Numbered from the stretch's first letter, positions 32,557 to 44,700 are shown. The stretch: 64,000 nt of DNA from Gammaproteobacteria bacterium (GCA_965238225.1 OZ250183.1:384001-448000); one strand, 5' to 3'. A program made the numbers and translations. The notes: generated by a model not told the origin, from the sequence alone.

Positions 32557-33231
32557 ATGTTCAATGATATTACAATAGCCGTTTCCAAGGGGCGCATATT
32601 TAAAAATGCAATGCCACTTCTGGCTGCGTTGGATATTTACCCTACCGAAGCATCCGAGACAACGCGCAAGTTGCTTTTAGAAACAAATCATCCTGATATA
32701 CAAATTATTATCGTTCGTGCAACAGATGTCCCCACTTACGTAGAATATGGTGCGGCTGATATTGGTATTGCAGGCAAGGATATGTTGTTGGAGTATGATG
32801 GTAATGGATTGTATGAACTGCTAGATTTAAAAATTGCTCAGTGCAAAATGGTTCTTGCAGAACCAAAGTGCCTGAGTGATGAAGGTAACCCTGCCACAGA
32901 AACTAACTTTGGCAAAGTGCGCGCAAGCAGAAAGAGAGTTGCCACCAAGTATGTTAACACTGCACGTAATTATTTTGCCAATCAGGGTAAGCAGGTAGAA
33001 ATTATCAAACTATATGGCTCTATGGAACTTGCGCCAGTTTTGGGTTTGGCTGATCAGATTGTTGATCTAATTGATACAGGAAATACACTGAAAGCCAATG
33101 GCCTTGTTGAGGTAGAAACCATCATGGATATCAGCTCAAGATTAGTTGTCAATAAAGGCGCAATGAAAATGAAAAGTGATCTCATTAAGCCAATGATAAG
33201 AAAACTCATAGAAGTCGTAGATGCAAAATGA
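32557..33231 (+). CDS. hisG: ATP phosphoribosyltransferase, short form
   Basis: [44 protein letters not shown]. Confidence 0.96.
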   Translation: MFNDITIAVSKGRIFKNAMPLLAALDIYPTEASETTRKLLLETNHPDIQIIIVRATDVPTYVEYGAADIGIAGKDMLLEYDGNGLYELLDLKIAQCKMVLAEPKCLSDEGNPATETNFGKVRASRKRVATKYVNTARNYFANQGKQVEIIKLYGSMELAPVLGLADQIVDLIDTGNTLKANGLVEVETIMDISSRLVVNKGAMKMKSDLIKPMIRKLIEVVDAK

Positions 33232-34523
33232 AACTACGTCGTTTAGATAGTTCTGTTACTGTTTTTGATGAACAATTAAATTTACTGCTTTCTAATTCGA
33301 ATGAACCTTCTGTAGAAATTAGTCGAACCGTCGAGTCTATTCTGGCTGATGTCAGAGCACGTGGTGATGATGCGTTACTGGAATACACCAATCGTTTTGA
33401 TGAACATGATATGACCATTGATGAAATTGAAATATCAACTGCAGAACTTAAAGAAGCCTTGGAAACGATCCCGGTTGAGTTACGCGAAGGGCTGCAACAT
33501 GCAGCAGGAAGAGTGCGTGACTATCATGAAAGACATAAGCTTAAATCATGGTCGTATCAGGATAAAGAAGGGAATACGCTAGGACAACAAGTCACACCGT
33601 TAGACAGTGTAGGCATATATGTACCTGGAGGAAAAGCGGCCTATCCTTCATCTGTGCTTATGAATGCCTTACCTGCCCATGTTGCAGGTGTGCCTGAAGT
33701 TATTATGGTTATGCCTACCCCTTTGGGCGAAAAAAATCAGATGGTTTTGGCAGCGGCAGCGATTTCAGGAGTTAGTAAAGTGTTCTCTATTGGTGGCGCA
33801 CAAGCAGTGGCAGCGCTCGCTTATGGAACTGTATCTGTGCCAAAGGTAGATAAGATAGTTGGGCCGGGAAATATCTACGTAGCGACAGCAAAGAAACAGG
33901 TCTTTGGTAGTGTAGGTATTGATATGATCGCGGGTCCATCAGAAGTGCTTATTGTCAGTGATGGGACAAGTAATCCAGACTGGGTGGCAATGGATTTGTT
34001 TGCTCAAGCAGAACATGATGAAATGGCTCGTGCTATTTTGATTTGCCCAAAAGTTGACTTTCTTGATGCCGTCGAAGAAAGTATCTCTCGAATGTTACCT
34101 GATATGGAACGGAAAGATATTATCAAAAGTTCACTTGATAAAAATGGTGCCTTAATTCTTGTTAAAGATATTGACGAGGCTATTTTTTTTGTTAATCAAA
34201 TTGCACCAGAACATCTCGAGCTTTCTGTGACAAAACCGCAAACATTATTACCCAAAATTCGGCATGCCGGCGCTATATTTATGGGACATTACGCGGCAGA
34301 AGTCTTGGGTGATTATTGTGCAGGACCAAATCATGTTTTGCCGACAGCGCGTACCGCTAGATTTTCTTCGCCTCTTGGGGTGTACGATTTTCAGAAACGA
34401 TCTTCAGTAATTATGTGCACAGATGAGTCTGCATCTTCACTAGCATCAACTGCTTCTGTATTGGCGCATGGAGAAGGACTAACAGCACACGCACTTTCTG
34501 CAAAATATCGAATCAAATCTTGA
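33228..34523 (+). CDS. hisD: Histidinol dehydrogenase
   Basis: [45 protein letters not shown]. Confidence 0.98.
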   Translation: MKLRRLDSSVTVFDEQLNLLLSNSNEPSVEISRTVESILADVRARGDDALLEYTNRFDEHDMTIDEIEISTAELKEALETIPVELREGLQHAAGRVRDYHERHKLKSWSYQDKEGNTLGQQVTPLDSVGIYVPGGKAAYPSSVLMNALPAHVAGVPEVIMVMPTPLGEKNQMVLAAAAISGVSKVFSIGGAQAVAALAYGTVSVPKVDKIVGPGNIYVATAKKQVFGSVGIDMIAGPSEVLIVSDGTSNPDWVAMDLFAQAEHDEMARAILICPKVDFLDAVEESISRMLPDMERKDIIKSSLDKNGALILVKDIDEAIFFVNQIAPEHLELSVTKPQTLLPKIRHAGAIFMGHYAAEVLGDYCAGPNHVLPTARTARFSSPLGVYDFQKRSSVIMCTDESASSLASTASVLAHGEGLTAHALSAKYRIKS

Positions 34524-34536
34524 CCCACTATTAAGT

Positions 34537-34846
34537 ACGCCAAACAAATTTTCTGTAAAAGTACGATTACAGAAGTGGATTAAACCGGAGTTGCTTGCAG
34601 CTCGTGCTTATTATGTGCCTAATGCAGAGGGCTTGCTCAAACTAGACGCTATGGAAAACCTGTATCTATATACCCGTCGAATTACGGGAGAAGATATTGG
34701 AGGTTATTTCCAGTGCCCAAATCAATCGGTATCCAGACCCCGATGCCAGTGTTTTGAAGCAAAGCTTGCGTGAGGTAATAGATATTCCAGATGGCATGCA
34801 GATCATGTTAGGTATTGTTGCTTTGCAATCGGCGTTATTATGTTAG
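34537..34846 (+). pseudogene. hisC: Histidinol-phosphate aminotransferase pseudogene
   Basis: ACG in place of ATG at 34537; WIKPE..AYYVP..GLLKLDAMEN, frameshift near 34665, then INRYPDP...QIMLG joined directly to a short tail (VALQSALLC*); the PLP-binding core is missing. Confidence 0.85.
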
Positions 34847-34946
34847 CTTTGTTGCATGTTTTTACAAACAGAAATTAAGCCAGATGCTTTTATTTTTGTT
34901 CATTAACGGGACATGATATAGGGCAGAGCATTATTTAAGCAGAAGA

Positions 34947-36065
34947 TTAGCCTCTTTTAACAGGCGGTCGTTGAGCAACAACGGCATTTATTTTCAGCTC
35001 TTTCCAGCCGCGTACAAGTGTTATTTCAGTTTTAGAGGTGGGCGCGAGTTTAGCGATGGCGTCGATGGTTTGTCGTGGGTCAATAATGACTTGTCCCTCA
35101 ATCTTGATGACCACATCACCAGGATTGATACCAGCAATAGCAGCGGGGCTACCCTGCAGTACTCCTGAGATTATTACACCGCCTTTCATCAAACCCATGG
35201 CTTCTGCTATGTCTGTGGGCAGAGGTTGTGCCTGAATACCTATCCAGCCGCGTACGACTCGTCCGTTTTTAACGAGTTGTTGCATAACTTCAAGCGCTTC
35301 GTTGATTGGAGTTGCGAGCCCGATACCCTGAGAAGCACCTATGGTTTTGTAGATGGCAGTATTTATCCCAATTAAATTTCCTTCTGAAGATATTAAAGCA
35401 CCCCCTGAATTGCCGGGGTTAATGTCTGCGTCGGTCTCGATAAAATTATCGAAAGTTGTGATGCCGAGCCGTTTTCTGCCAGTGGCACTGATGATTCCTT
35501 GCGTGACGGTTTGACCAAAATCATAAGGGTTACCAATGGCGAGGACAACATCACCAATACGGATTTGGCTGGAGTCACCTAAGGGGATGATAGGAAGATT
35601 GTCCAGATCAATCTGCAAGACGGCCAAATCTGTATCACTATCAATGCCTATGATTTTAGCAATTGTTTCCCGACCGTCACGTAAGATTACAAATATTTTC
35701 TCGGCACCTTGTATCACATGTGCGTTGGTAAGAATGTGCCCTTTTGTGTCCATAATGACACCAGAGCCTTTGCTCTCGATTTTTTTCTTTGTACTATTTG
35801 CAGTGAGCTTGCCTCTAGAGGATTCTTCAAAGAATCTTCTAAGCAGAGGGTCTTGCAGGATTGAATTTCTAGATTCTGTGTACGTGTTGCCAGAATAAAC
35901 ATTTACCACTGCAGGGGCGGTAGCCTTTATTGCTGTGTGGTACGAATCTATTTGTTTGGCTGTGTTAAAAGGAAAATTTTTTGGCAATAATAAAATGACT
36001 GCAGCCACAGCAAGCCCGATAACAATAAATTGAGTCACAAAAATCAGTGTTTGTTTTAAGTTCAT
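34947..36065 (-). CDS. degS: HtrA-family serine protease with one PDZ domain (DegS/AlgW-like)
   Basis: N-terminal TM, TNAHV, DLAVL, INPGNSGGAL, single PDZ domain. Confidence 0.85.
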   Translation of the reverse strand: MNLKQTLIFVTQFIVIGLAVAAVILLLPKNFPFNTAKQIDSYHTAIKATAPAVVNVYSGNTYTESRNSILQDPLLRRFFEESSRGKLTANSTKKKIESKGSGVIMDTKGHILTNAHVIQGAEKIFVILRDGRETIAKIIGIDSDTDLAVLQIDLDNLPIIPLGDSSQIRIGDVVLAIGNPYDFGQTVTQGIISATGRKRLGITTFDNFIETDADINPGNSGGALISSEGNLIGINTAIYKTIGASQGIGLATPINEALEVMQQLVKNGRVVRGWIGIQAQPLPTDIAEAMGLMKGGVIISGVLQGSPAAIAGINPGDVVIKIEGQVIIDPRQTIDAIAKLAPTSKTEITLVRGWKELKINAVVAQRPPVKRG

Positions 36066-36230
36066 CGCTAGTTTCAAATCTAGAGGTGCTTGTATTTGCC
36101 CAGAGAAAATTAACAACCTTCCAGTAAAAGGCTTGACATAGCATGGTATACTACCGAACTTGGGCGAGAATAATAGTAACTTGCAGTTGTTCTTTAATAA
36201 TCATTTGTGAGTCATAAATAGAATTTTCTG

Positions 36231-36860
36231 GTGGGTAAGATGCAAGACGACAGTCAAAATAATGGTATAGATAAAAAGCGGCGCCATTTTCTTACAGCTG
36301 CTGCGACTATTGTAGGCGGCGCTGGCGTTTTAGCGACTGCTGTACCCTTTGTATCCACATTAGCACCAAGCGCCAAGACCAAGGCAATTGGCGGACCAAT
36401 TGAAGTAGATATTTCAGGATTAAAGCCAGGCGAGAGGATAGTGGAAAAGTGGCGTGGCAAGCCGGTCTGGATTTTACGCAGGAGTGAAGAGTCGCTTGTC
36501 GATTTGGCGCAGATGGTCAATGTATTACGTGACCCAAAATCTAATGTCGAGCAACAGCCTCGATATGCAAAAAATGAGTACCGATCCATCAATCCTGAAT
36601 ATCTGGTTGTGATAGGTTTGTGTACGCACCTTGGTTGTTCCCCGAGCTATCTTGCAAGGAATGAGGAAAATGATTTTGGTGCGGATTGGAAAGGTGGTTT
36701 TTTCTGTCCCTGCCATGGGTCAAAATTTGACCTTGCTGGGCGTGTCTTCAAAGGTGTGCCAGCTCCGGCAAATCTGGTGGTGCCGAAATATCAGTTCATC
36801 AACGAAACAACAATATTGATCGGTGATGATTCAAGCAATGATGTGAGGGCAAGTTCATGA
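36231..36860 (+). CDS. petA: Cytochrome bc1 Rieske Fe-S subunit
   Basis: Tat motif RRHFL, CTHLGC and CPCHGS. Confidence 0.97.
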   Translation: MGKMQDDSQNNGIDKKRRHFLTAAATIVGGAGVLATAVPFVSTLAPSAKTKAIGGPIEVDISGLKPGERIVEKWRGKPVWILRRSEESLVDLAQMVNVLRDPKSNVEQQPRYAKNEYRSINPEYLVVIGLCTHLGCSPSYLARNEENDFGADWKGGFFCPCHGSKFDLAGRVFKGVPAPANLVVPKYQFINETTILIGDDSSNDVRASS

Positions 36861-38098
36861 GTAAGTTTGTTCAGCAGGGAGTGAAATTGTTGAACAATAC
36901 GCGTGTCTGGGTAGATGACCGTTTTCCCCTGACCAAGACTTGGAATGAGCATTTAGCCAAGTATTACGTGCCAAAGAATTTTAATTTTTGGTACTACTTT
37001 GGTTCTTTGGCATTATTTGTCTTAGTCATTCAAATTGTCACGGGTATTTGGCTTACCATGAATTACAAACCTTCCGCTGAAGATGCATTTGCATCTGTGG
37101 AATACATTATGCGTGACGTTGATTGGGGTTGGTGGATTCGTTATATGCATTCAACAGGTGCATCTGCCTTCTTTATCGTTGTTTACCTGCATATGTTTCG
37201 AGGGTTGATGTATGGTTCTTTTAAAAGACCAAGAGAACTTTTATGGCTGACTGGGGTATTTATTTACCTTGTCCTCATGGCCGAAGCATTTTTTGGTTAT
37301 TTACTGCCCTGGGGACAAATGTCCTACTGGGGCGCGCAGGTGATCATTTCATTATTTGGTGCCATACCCTTTGTAGGTTCTGAGTTGGCTGAATGGATTC
37401 GAGGTGATTATGTTGTCTCAGATGTAACACTAAACCGCTTTTTTTCTTTCCATGTCATTGCTGTGCCATTGATACTTTGTGGCTTAGTTGGATTACATAT
37501 CTTTGCACTGCATGAAGTCGGTTCTAATAATCCTGATGGTGTGGAAATCAAAAAACATAAAGATGCGAGTGGCGTGCCATTGGATGGTATCCCTTTTCAT
37601 CCATATTACACGGTCAAAGATATCGTGGGCATAGTAGTTTTTTTAATTTTTTTCAGTTTAATAGTATTTTTTAATCCTGAAATGGGCGGCTATTTTTTAG
37701 AGCCTGCAAACTTTATCCCGGCAGATCCGCTAAAGACACCTGAACATATTGCGCCAGTGTGGTATTTCACGCCGTTCTACGCTATCCTGCGCGCTGTCCC
37801 AGACAAGCTTCTGGGTGTCGTGGCTATGGGCGCTTCCACTTTGATCTTCATGGCATTACCATGGTTGGATCGAAGTCCGGTGAAGTCAATTCGTTACCGT
37901 GGATGGAAATACAGAACCGCATTATCAATATTTGTAGTTACATTTATTAGCTTGGGGTGGCTTGGTGTGCAGGTTGCGACACCTAATGTGACAATGGCAT
38001 CAAGAATTTTTGCGATTCTTTATTTTCTATTCTTTTTGTTGATGCCTTTTTATACAGCAAACGATACGGACAAACCCGTCCCGGATCGAGTGACTTAA
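36857..38098 (+). CDS. petB: Cytochrome b
   Basis: RYMHSTGAS, LPWGQMSYWG, PVWY (gammaproteobacterial PEWY variant). Confidence 0.98.
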   Translation: MSKFVQQGVKLLNNTRVWVDDRFPLTKTWNEHLAKYYVPKNFNFWYYFGSLALFVLVIQIVTGIWLTMNYKPSAEDAFASVEYIMRDVDWGWWIRYMHSTGASAFFIVVYLHMFRGLMYGSFKRPRELLWLTGVFIYLVLMAEAFFGYLLPWGQMSYWGAQVIISLFGAIPFVGSELAEWIRGDYVVSDVTLNRFFSFHVIAVPLILCGLVGLHIFALHEVGSNNPDGVEIKKHKDASGVPLDGIPFHPYYTVKDIVGIVVFLIFFSLIVFFNPEMGGYFLEPANFIPADPLKTPEHIAPVWYFTPFYAILRAVPDKLLGVVAMGASTLIFMALPWLDRSPVKSIRYRGWKYRTALSIFVVTFISLGWLGVQVATPNVTMASRIFAILYFLFFLLMPFYTANDTDKPVPDRVT

Positions 38099-38101
38099 AA
38101 A

Positions 38102-38845
38102 ATGGAGCGCACAATAATTTTATTTGTTGTTGCATTTTTTTGGCCATTGGCTACTTCAGCGATATCTACTGGTTATCCTTCCTTTAAAGCAGATGTGGAT
38201 GTTACCGATAAGCCCTCGTTACAACGTGGCGCAAAAACATTCGTGAATTATTGTATGGGCTGCCATTCAGCTGCCTATATGCGTTATAATCGCATGGGTG
38301 AAGATCTAGGCATTGAAGAATCAATCTTGCAGAGCAACCTGATGTTTGGCACTGAAAAAAGTGGCGATACTATGATGATTGCAATGCAGAAAATAGATGC
38401 CGAGAAATTTTTCGGTACAGCGGCACCGGATTTATCAGTGATCGCTCGTTCAAGAGGTGCCGATTGGCTGTTCACCTACTTTATGACTTTTTACCGTGAT
38501 GATTCCAGACCTTTTGGTGTCAATAATCTGGCATTCAAAGATGTGGCGATGCCACACGTTTTGTGGGAGTTACAGGGGATACAGAAACCTATCTTTAAAA
38601 AGATTGAGTCAGAAGATGGTACGCAACATGAAGTAATCGATCACTTGGAAATAGAAACCCAGGGCTTACTAGACAGTAAAGACTACAAAAATATGGTCAA
38701 TGATCTAGTCAACTTTCTTGTGTATATCGGCGAACCTGCTCAAATACAACGCAAGAAAACGGGTGTGATAGTTATTTTATATTTTTTAATACTTCTGGTC
38801 ATCGTGTATATGTTGAAGCGGGAATATTGGAAAGATGTACATTAA
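38102..38845 (+). CDS. petC: Cytochrome c1
   Basis: SLQRGA, CMGCH, APDLS, AMPHVL, C-terminal TM and EYWKDVH. Confidence 0.96.
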   Translation: MERTIILFVVAFFWPLATSAISTGYPSFKADVDVTDKPSLQRGAKTFVNYCMGCHSAAYMRYNRMGEDLGIEESILQSNLMFGTEKSGDTMMIAMQKIDAEKFFGTAAPDLSVIARSRGADWLFTYFMTFYRDDSRPFGVNNLAFKDVAMPHVLWELQGIQKPIFKKIESEDGTQHEVIDHLEIETQGLLDSKDYKNMVNDLVNFLVYIGEPAQIQRKKTGVIVILYFLILLVIVYMLKREYWKDVH

Positions 38846-38866
38846 TACTTATTTTTATTAGGAGGT

Positions 38867-39511
38867 GTGATGGCGGGCATAGCCAATAGGCGTTCTGTAA
38901 TGGTGTTGTATTCTGATAGCACTAGTTCTGCAAGTCATTGTGTGCGGTTGGTTCTAAATGAAAAAGATATCAATGTTGAAATTAATTATATCGAAGATGG
39001 AGAACGTCCAGAAGCGCTGGTTGAAATTAATCCATATAATTCTGTTCTGACATTAATTGACAGAGATCTGATTTTATATGATGAACAGATTATCATGGAA
39101 TATCTTGATGAAAGATTTCCTCATCCACCATTGTTGCCAGTAGATCCGGTTGCTAGGGCAGGTAATCGCCAATTACGTTTCCGTGTTATGAAAGATTTAT
39201 ATTCTTTGATTGATGATATTGAATCATCAGATAGTTCAAAAGTTAGTGGTGCACAAAAAACTATGAAAGATCACCTGACTGCAATTGCGCCAGCATTTAT
39301 GCAGAAACCTTATTTTATGTCTGATGAATATACTTTGGTTGATTGTTGTCTGGCGACTTTGTTATGGCGCTTACCAAAATACGGTGTCAAGTTACCAGCA
39401 TCAACCCGCTCACTTAAAGAATATGCAGAAAAGATTTTTGCAAGGGACACCTTCCAGAACAGCATTTCTGAAGCAGAAAAAGAAATGCGTGTCTCGAACA
39501 GTGTCTGGTAA
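38867..39511 (+). CDS. sspA: Stringent starvation protein A
   Basis: NRRSVMVLYS, IIMEYLDERFPHPPLLPVDPV. Confidence 0.95.
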   Translation: MMAGIANRRSVMVLYSDSTSSASHCVRLVLNEKDINVEINYIEDGERPEALVEINPYNSVLTLIDRDLILYDEQIIMEYLDERFPHPPLLPVDPVARAGNRQLRFRVMKDLYSLIDDIESSDSSKVSGAQKTMKDHLTAIAPAFMQKPYFMSDEYTLVDCCLATLLWRLPKYGVKLPASTRSLKEYAEKIFARDTFQNSISEAEKEMRVSNSVW

Positions 39512-39558
39512 TAATAATCACAAACGAATAGCTATAAATCAATCGTCATAATAAATTA

Positions 39559-39954
39559 ATGACTTCAAATAAACCTTATCTTATCAGGGCATTGAATGAA
39601 TGGATTATTGACAATCAAATGACTTCTTTTCTTCTCGTTGATGCAGAAGTTGAAGGTGTTGAAGTTCCCAAGCAGCATATTATGAATGGTAAGATAGTCT
39701 TGAATATTGCACAAAATGCAGTTGAAAAAATCGCCTTTGAAGATAAATATATTCATTTTTCAACCAGATTCAGTGGTCAGGTTTTTATGATTAATCTTCC
39801 AATCAATGCAGTAATGGCAATCTACGCCAAAGAAAACGGTCAAGGCATGATGTTCTCGGGAGATAAATCTTTAGTGGAAAACAATACTAAAATTGCAGCA
39901 AAAGAATCCAGCAATACTGGTAGGAAAAAACCTGTATTAACGGTTGTTAAGTAA
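39559..39954 (+). CDS. sspB: ClpXP adaptor SspB
   Basis: PYLIRAL.EWIIDN, AIYAKENGQGM, C-terminal P.L.VVK. Confidence 0.95.
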   Translation: MTSNKPYLIRALNEWIIDNQMTSFLLVDAEVEGVEVPKQHIMNGKIVLNIAQNAVEKIAFEDKYIHFSTRFSGQVFMINLPINAVMAIYAKENGQGMMFSGDKSLVENNTKIAAKESSNTGRKKPVLTVVK

Positions 39955-39973
39955 CAGATTCATTCATCGCTAC

Positions 39974-40552
39974 CTAGTCGATGTACTGAAATATCTTCAC
40001 TACTTTTTGCACACCATCCGTTTGTCGAGCTTTTTCGGTGGCTTCATCAGATTCAGCTTTAGTCAAAATCCCCATCAGATAGGCTACACCTTTTTCGGTA
40101 ACGACCTTTATACGTGTTGCGTCAAAACCTTTCAGGTTAAATAGCTTGACTTTTATTTTTGTAGTAATAAGGCTGTCACTGCTACGACTTATCCAAGAGC
40201 TAGGTGCTGCGATAGTCAATTCATCATAAACGCGAGTAACTTTTGGTGTATCTCTGACAATATTGACGATACGATTTCTATTCTCTTCAATTGGTGTTTC
40301 ACCAGTGATTAATACAATTGTGTTATAACTGGTTACATTGATATGTGAGCTTTTTTTGATTTCTTCATTCCTGTAGAGACGTTTAATTATTTTTAACTCT
40401 ATGGCTGAATCTTCGATGAAGGTACCAGTTGTTCGCCTATCATGAGCAACAGTGGCGGTTGTCCCTACAGCTGTACCAATACCAATAATCGCGCATGCAG
40501 AAAATAACATTGGTATTAGAGGGATAAAAATTAATTTTTTGTTAATGTTCAT
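39974..40552 (-). CDS. Dual BON-domain lipoprotein (DolP/YraP)
   Basis: Lipobox FSAC, DRRTTGTFIED, KVVTE.GV.YLMG. Confidence 0.9.
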   Translation of the reverse strand: MNINKKLIFIPLIPMLFSACAIIGIGTAVGTTATVAHDRRTTGTFIEDSAIELKIIKRLYRNEEIKKSSHINVTSYNTIVLITGETPIEENRNRIVNIVRDTPKVTRVYDELTIAAPSSWISRSSDSLITTKIKVKLFNLKGFDATRIKVVTEKGVAYLMGILTKAESDEATEKARQTDGVQKVVKIFQYID

Positions 40553-40559
40553 TTTTGTT

Positions 40560-41162
<603 letters not shown>

Positions 41163-41204
41163 CTAAAGTGTTAATTTATCAGTATTCATTAATCTGCGCA
41201 ATGA

Positions 41205-41582
41205 TTATGCCTGAAATGCATTTTTAATCCACTCAATAGTTGGATTTTTTTGCGTGCCAAATAAAACAACAACATCAAATCTGCAGTCTAGATGCGAGGC
41301 ATTACGATTTTCATACAGGTATTGGTGGCTGGTAGATATAATACGCTCACATTTTTTTCTATCAATAGATTCTATGGCGGCATGAAAGTGATTGCTTGAT
41401 CTATAGCGAACCTCAATGAACAAAATGATATTTTTATCTTGCATGATCAAATCGATTTCACCAAATAATGATCTAAAATTTTTATCCAGAAGTTTGAGTT
41501 TCTTAGCTAGGAGATATTCCAATGCTGTTTGTTCAGCCCAACGCCCCCGTTGATAAGAATTTTTTCCTGAATTTCTTGGCAT
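41205..41582 (-). CDS. yraN: YraN-family predicted endonuclease
   Basis: GEIDLIM, FIEVRYR, CRFDVV, WIKNAF. Confidence 0.93.
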   Translation of the reverse strand: MPRNSGKNSYQRGRWAEQTALEYLLAKKLKLLDKNFRSLFGEIDLIMQDKNIILFIEVRYRSSNHFHAAIESIDRKKCERIISTSHQYLYENRNASHLDCRFDVVVLFGTQKNPTIEWIKNAFQA

Positions 41583-41585
41583 GAA

Positions 41586-43478
41586 TTAAAAATCAAATGC
41601 GTCTATTAATTCTGGCTTTCCATCAATAAATTGAGCCCACATTAGTCTTCTTTGTGCCTTGCCTTCTTCATTGATATTGATATAGCCAGTCTTACCTTCA
41701 TATTGTTGGGTTGGTTGCAAACTAAGTTCGGCAAGTCTGGAGATAAGGCGATAGGCATCTATGCCAAAGGCATAAAATCTTTTGTAGGCTAAATGATTAG
41801 GTTTTTGATAACGTTCAATCGCTCTTTTTAACGGGGAATATTCGTTCTTCTGATCAATCACCCAAGGCATATCAACGAATAAGACACCATCAATATCACG
41901 ATCTTCACGCTTATTTACATTGCCTGTATAAATATTGGAAATAGAATATAGGGCGATATCTTTAATGCCGTAGTAACGCAGTTGCGGGATCAGTTGTCTT
42001 GCTATTGCAGGCGGAACCGCCATGAAGATTAAGTCTATATCATGCCTGCGTCTTGCCTCTGATTTCAGTTTTCTTTGCAAAATATGACGCAGGTCTATGC
42101 TACGTTGCTCACTTTGATGAATGTGAAGGATTCTTTTAATAGGGTCGATAAGTTTATTGATATCTTCTCCAATGCTGACCTGCTCAAGCAGGTTACCTCC
42201 AATTTCTTGCCAGTGAGATGCAAATGCATCATGAATACGTTTGCTTCTTTCATCTTCCGTTGTGATGCTGATTGCTCTGGTGTGTCCATCAAACCAGGCA
42301 CGTTGTGCCACTTGTTTGGCTCCTGTTTCTGGAGATAAGCCAAACTGTATGACAGTGGGGATACCATACAAACTTAATGCGTTTGCAACATTATGATCGC
42401 CGTTATGTTCATTGAGCACCAGTGTCGTTACTGTAATGTCGCCTTGTTCCATCAGGTTTGCGATAGCTGGTTTTTGTAGTGGGCCAACGACAAAATCAGC
42501 ACCTTCTGCAATGGCTTGTGTATATATTGAAACAACATTTTCAGCATCAGTGTCATAAATTTTTACGATCGGTTTGTTATCTCTTGACTCATACCGTGCT
42601 GCCATGAAACCTTCACGTATAGCGATAGAAACATCGTTATATTTTCCTGAAAAAGGTAAAAGTAGAGCAACTTGCGAAGGCTGGCTTGTTAATTTATTGG
42701 AAACAAGTCTTGGAACTATCTCAAATAAGGCAGGATGGCGAGGATATCTTTGTTGCCATCTAGTCATCGAGATTTCAAAATTTACTATATTTTCCAGCAT
42801 AGTTTTGCTGATGATGGCAAGTTCCAGCCAGGCAGTGAACGTATTGGTGTTGTCTATTCGGTATGTGTGAAGTTCACTCGGAGATAGCTGAGATAAATTT
42901 TGCCAAATATTTTGATAATTCATGGAAATTTCCCGAGGATCATCAAGGTAGGAATTTAAAAGAAGCCGTTCTTTAACCGCAGCAAAATATTCTTTTTTCA
43001 GGTGCAGTACTATTGCACGTGTTTCATGAAATTGAGCAAGTACAGATTTTGAAGTTTTAGAAGAAATATTAATACTTAACTTAGCATGTGCATTTTTGAG
43101 ATCATTTTTCCTTAGAGAGATCTGTGCTTCATAAATTGCTTTAAGAGTATACTGATCACCATTTAGTTTTCTATGTGGTAGGGAATCAATAAGCTCACGC
43201 GCCAGATCTATTTTATGGCTTTTAATCAAAGCACCTGTAGCACTTAACTGATAATTGATTCGATTAACAGGATTGGATTTAGCAAGTTTTAGATATTCTT
43301 TGGTGGCAGCATCAAAATTTCCTGTCCGATAAAGTTTTTTTGCGTGCATCTCGCTTTCTGTAACTATAGTATCAGTAACAGGTTTACTTATTTTTGAACC
43401 ACAGCCAGACAAATTCAATACAATCAGGTTTAATAAGGAAAGCAGAAGCAATAGAATGACTGGTTTATTGTGTCGCAT
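41586..43478 (-). CDS. lpoA: Penicillin-binding protein activator LpoA
   Basis: Lipobox LSGC, VALLLPFSG, VVGPLQK, FYAFGIDAY; synteny with yraN and rsmI. Confidence 0.9.
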   Translation of the reverse strand: MRHNKPVILLLLLSLLNLIVLNLSGCGSKISKPVTDTIVTESEMHAKKLYRTGNFDAATKEYLKLAKSNPVNRINYQLSATGALIKSHKIDLARELIDSLPHRKLNGDQYTLKAIYEAQISLRKNDLKNAHAKLSINISSKTSKSVLAQFHETRAIVLHLKKEYFAAVKERLLLNSYLDDPREISMNYQNIWQNLSQLSPSELHTYRIDNTNTFTAWLELAIISKTMLENIVNFEISMTRWQQRYPRHPALFEIVPRLVSNKLTSQPSQVALLLPFSGKYNDVSIAIREGFMAARYESRDNKPIVKIYDTDAENVVSIYTQAIAEGADFVVGPLQKPAIANLMEQGDITVTTLVLNEHNGDHNVANALSLYGIPTVIQFGLSPETGAKQVAQRAWFDGHTRAISITTEDERSKRIHDAFASHWQEIGGNLLEQVSIGEDINKLIDPIKRILHIHQSEQRSIDLRHILQRKLKSEARRRHDIDLIFMAVPPAIARQLIPQLRYYGIKDIALYSISNIYTGNVNKREDRDIDGVLFVDMPWVIDQKNEYSPLKRAIERYQKPNHLAYKRFYAFGIDAYRLISRLAELSLQPTQQYEGKTGYININEEGKAQRRLMWAQFIDGKPELIDAFDF

Positions 43479-43521
43479 TATTTTATTAAAGTAAGCTTTT
43501 GATTTTATATATTACTGTGGC

Positions 43522-44406
43522 ATGAGTTGTCACATTAGCGAAGCGGAGCTTGGTGTGTCAATTATAAAAGGTGCCCTGTATATCGTCGCAACACCCATTG
43601 GAAACCTTGGAGATCTTAGCCCTCGGGCAAAAAAAGTTTTAGAAAACGTAGACCTTATTGTGGCGGAGGATACTCGTCATAGCAAGCCTATGCTGAATAA
43701 ATGCGGCATTGAAACAAAAATTCTGGCCTATCACGATCATAATGAACGTATGCAAACACCAGTATTGATCAAGAAACTGCAGGCAGGCTTATCTATTGCG
43801 TTGATCTCGGATGCTGGCACTCCCTTAATTTGTGATCCAGGATACCATTTACTACTTGCAGCCCACGCAGAAGAATTAAAAGTAATTCCAGTTCCCGGGC
43901 CATCCGCATTAATCAGCGCGCTTTCAGTTGCTGGTTTTTCTGCTGAAAGATTTATATTTGAAGGCTATTTGCCTAATAGGAGAATTGCCCGCCAAAGAAG
44001 GCTGCAAACATTAAAAAATGAGATCAGAACGCTGGTTTTTTATGAAGCACCGCACAGAATAGTGTCCAGTGTAGAAGATGTGATCATTTGTTTCGGCGCT
44101 AAACGACAGGCTGTTATCGCAAAAGAAATGAGCAAACAACATGAACATATTCAGCGTGGGACGCTACAAGGGCTTCTAGATTGGTTGTGTAGTGATAAAT
44201 CTCTGAGTAAAGGTGAATTTGTTGTGCTTATTGAGGGCTGTAAAACGATGCCGTTTGATACTCAAGAAGCCAGCAGAATCCTGAAAATATTATTGGCAGA
44301 TCATTCTGCGACACAAGCAGCCAGATTAACCAGTGAAATCATGCAGGGCAACAGGAATGATATATACAAATTGGCAATGGATTTGCAAAGACTAAAGATT
44401 AAGTAA
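43522..44406 (+). CDS. rsmI: 16S rRNA (cytidine1402-2'-O)-methyltransferase
   Basis: LYIVATPIGNL, AEDTRH, SDAGTPLICDPG, FYEAPHR, KGEFV. Confidence 0.97.
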   Translation: MSCHISEAELGVSIIKGALYIVATPIGNLGDLSPRAKKVLENVDLIVAEDTRHSKPMLNKCGIETKILAYHDHNERMQTPVLIKKLQAGLSIALISDAGTPLICDPGYHLLLAAHAEELKVIPVPGPSALISALSVAGFSAERFIFEGYLPNRRIARQRRLQTLKNEIRTLVFYEAPHRIVSSVEDVIICFGAKRQAVIAKEMSKQHEHIQRGTLQGLLDWLCSDKSLSKGEFVVLIEGCKTMPFDTQEASRILKILLADHSATQAARLTSEIMQGNRNDIYKLAMDLQRLKIK

Positions 44407-44700
44407 TCGTCCATGATATTTTTGAGCAAACTCACAATAAATGCTTACTTTGTCGGATATATTCAATCTTATAGCCAAATACGATTACATTTATTGCATT
44501 ATTAAACTATTGTAAGTACCTGAAAATTATGAAATACTGGTGCATGAGGAAATATCTATTGAGACTTTGTTAAAGAGACATTGTTAAATAAAAATGAGGC
44601 TGGCTTTTCGTGCTACAAACATCCTTAAGACTTAAGGATTTCAGCTTGGGGAATAAATCTAACAGTGTTTTGAACCAGAAATAATCTCATGGCTCTTTAA

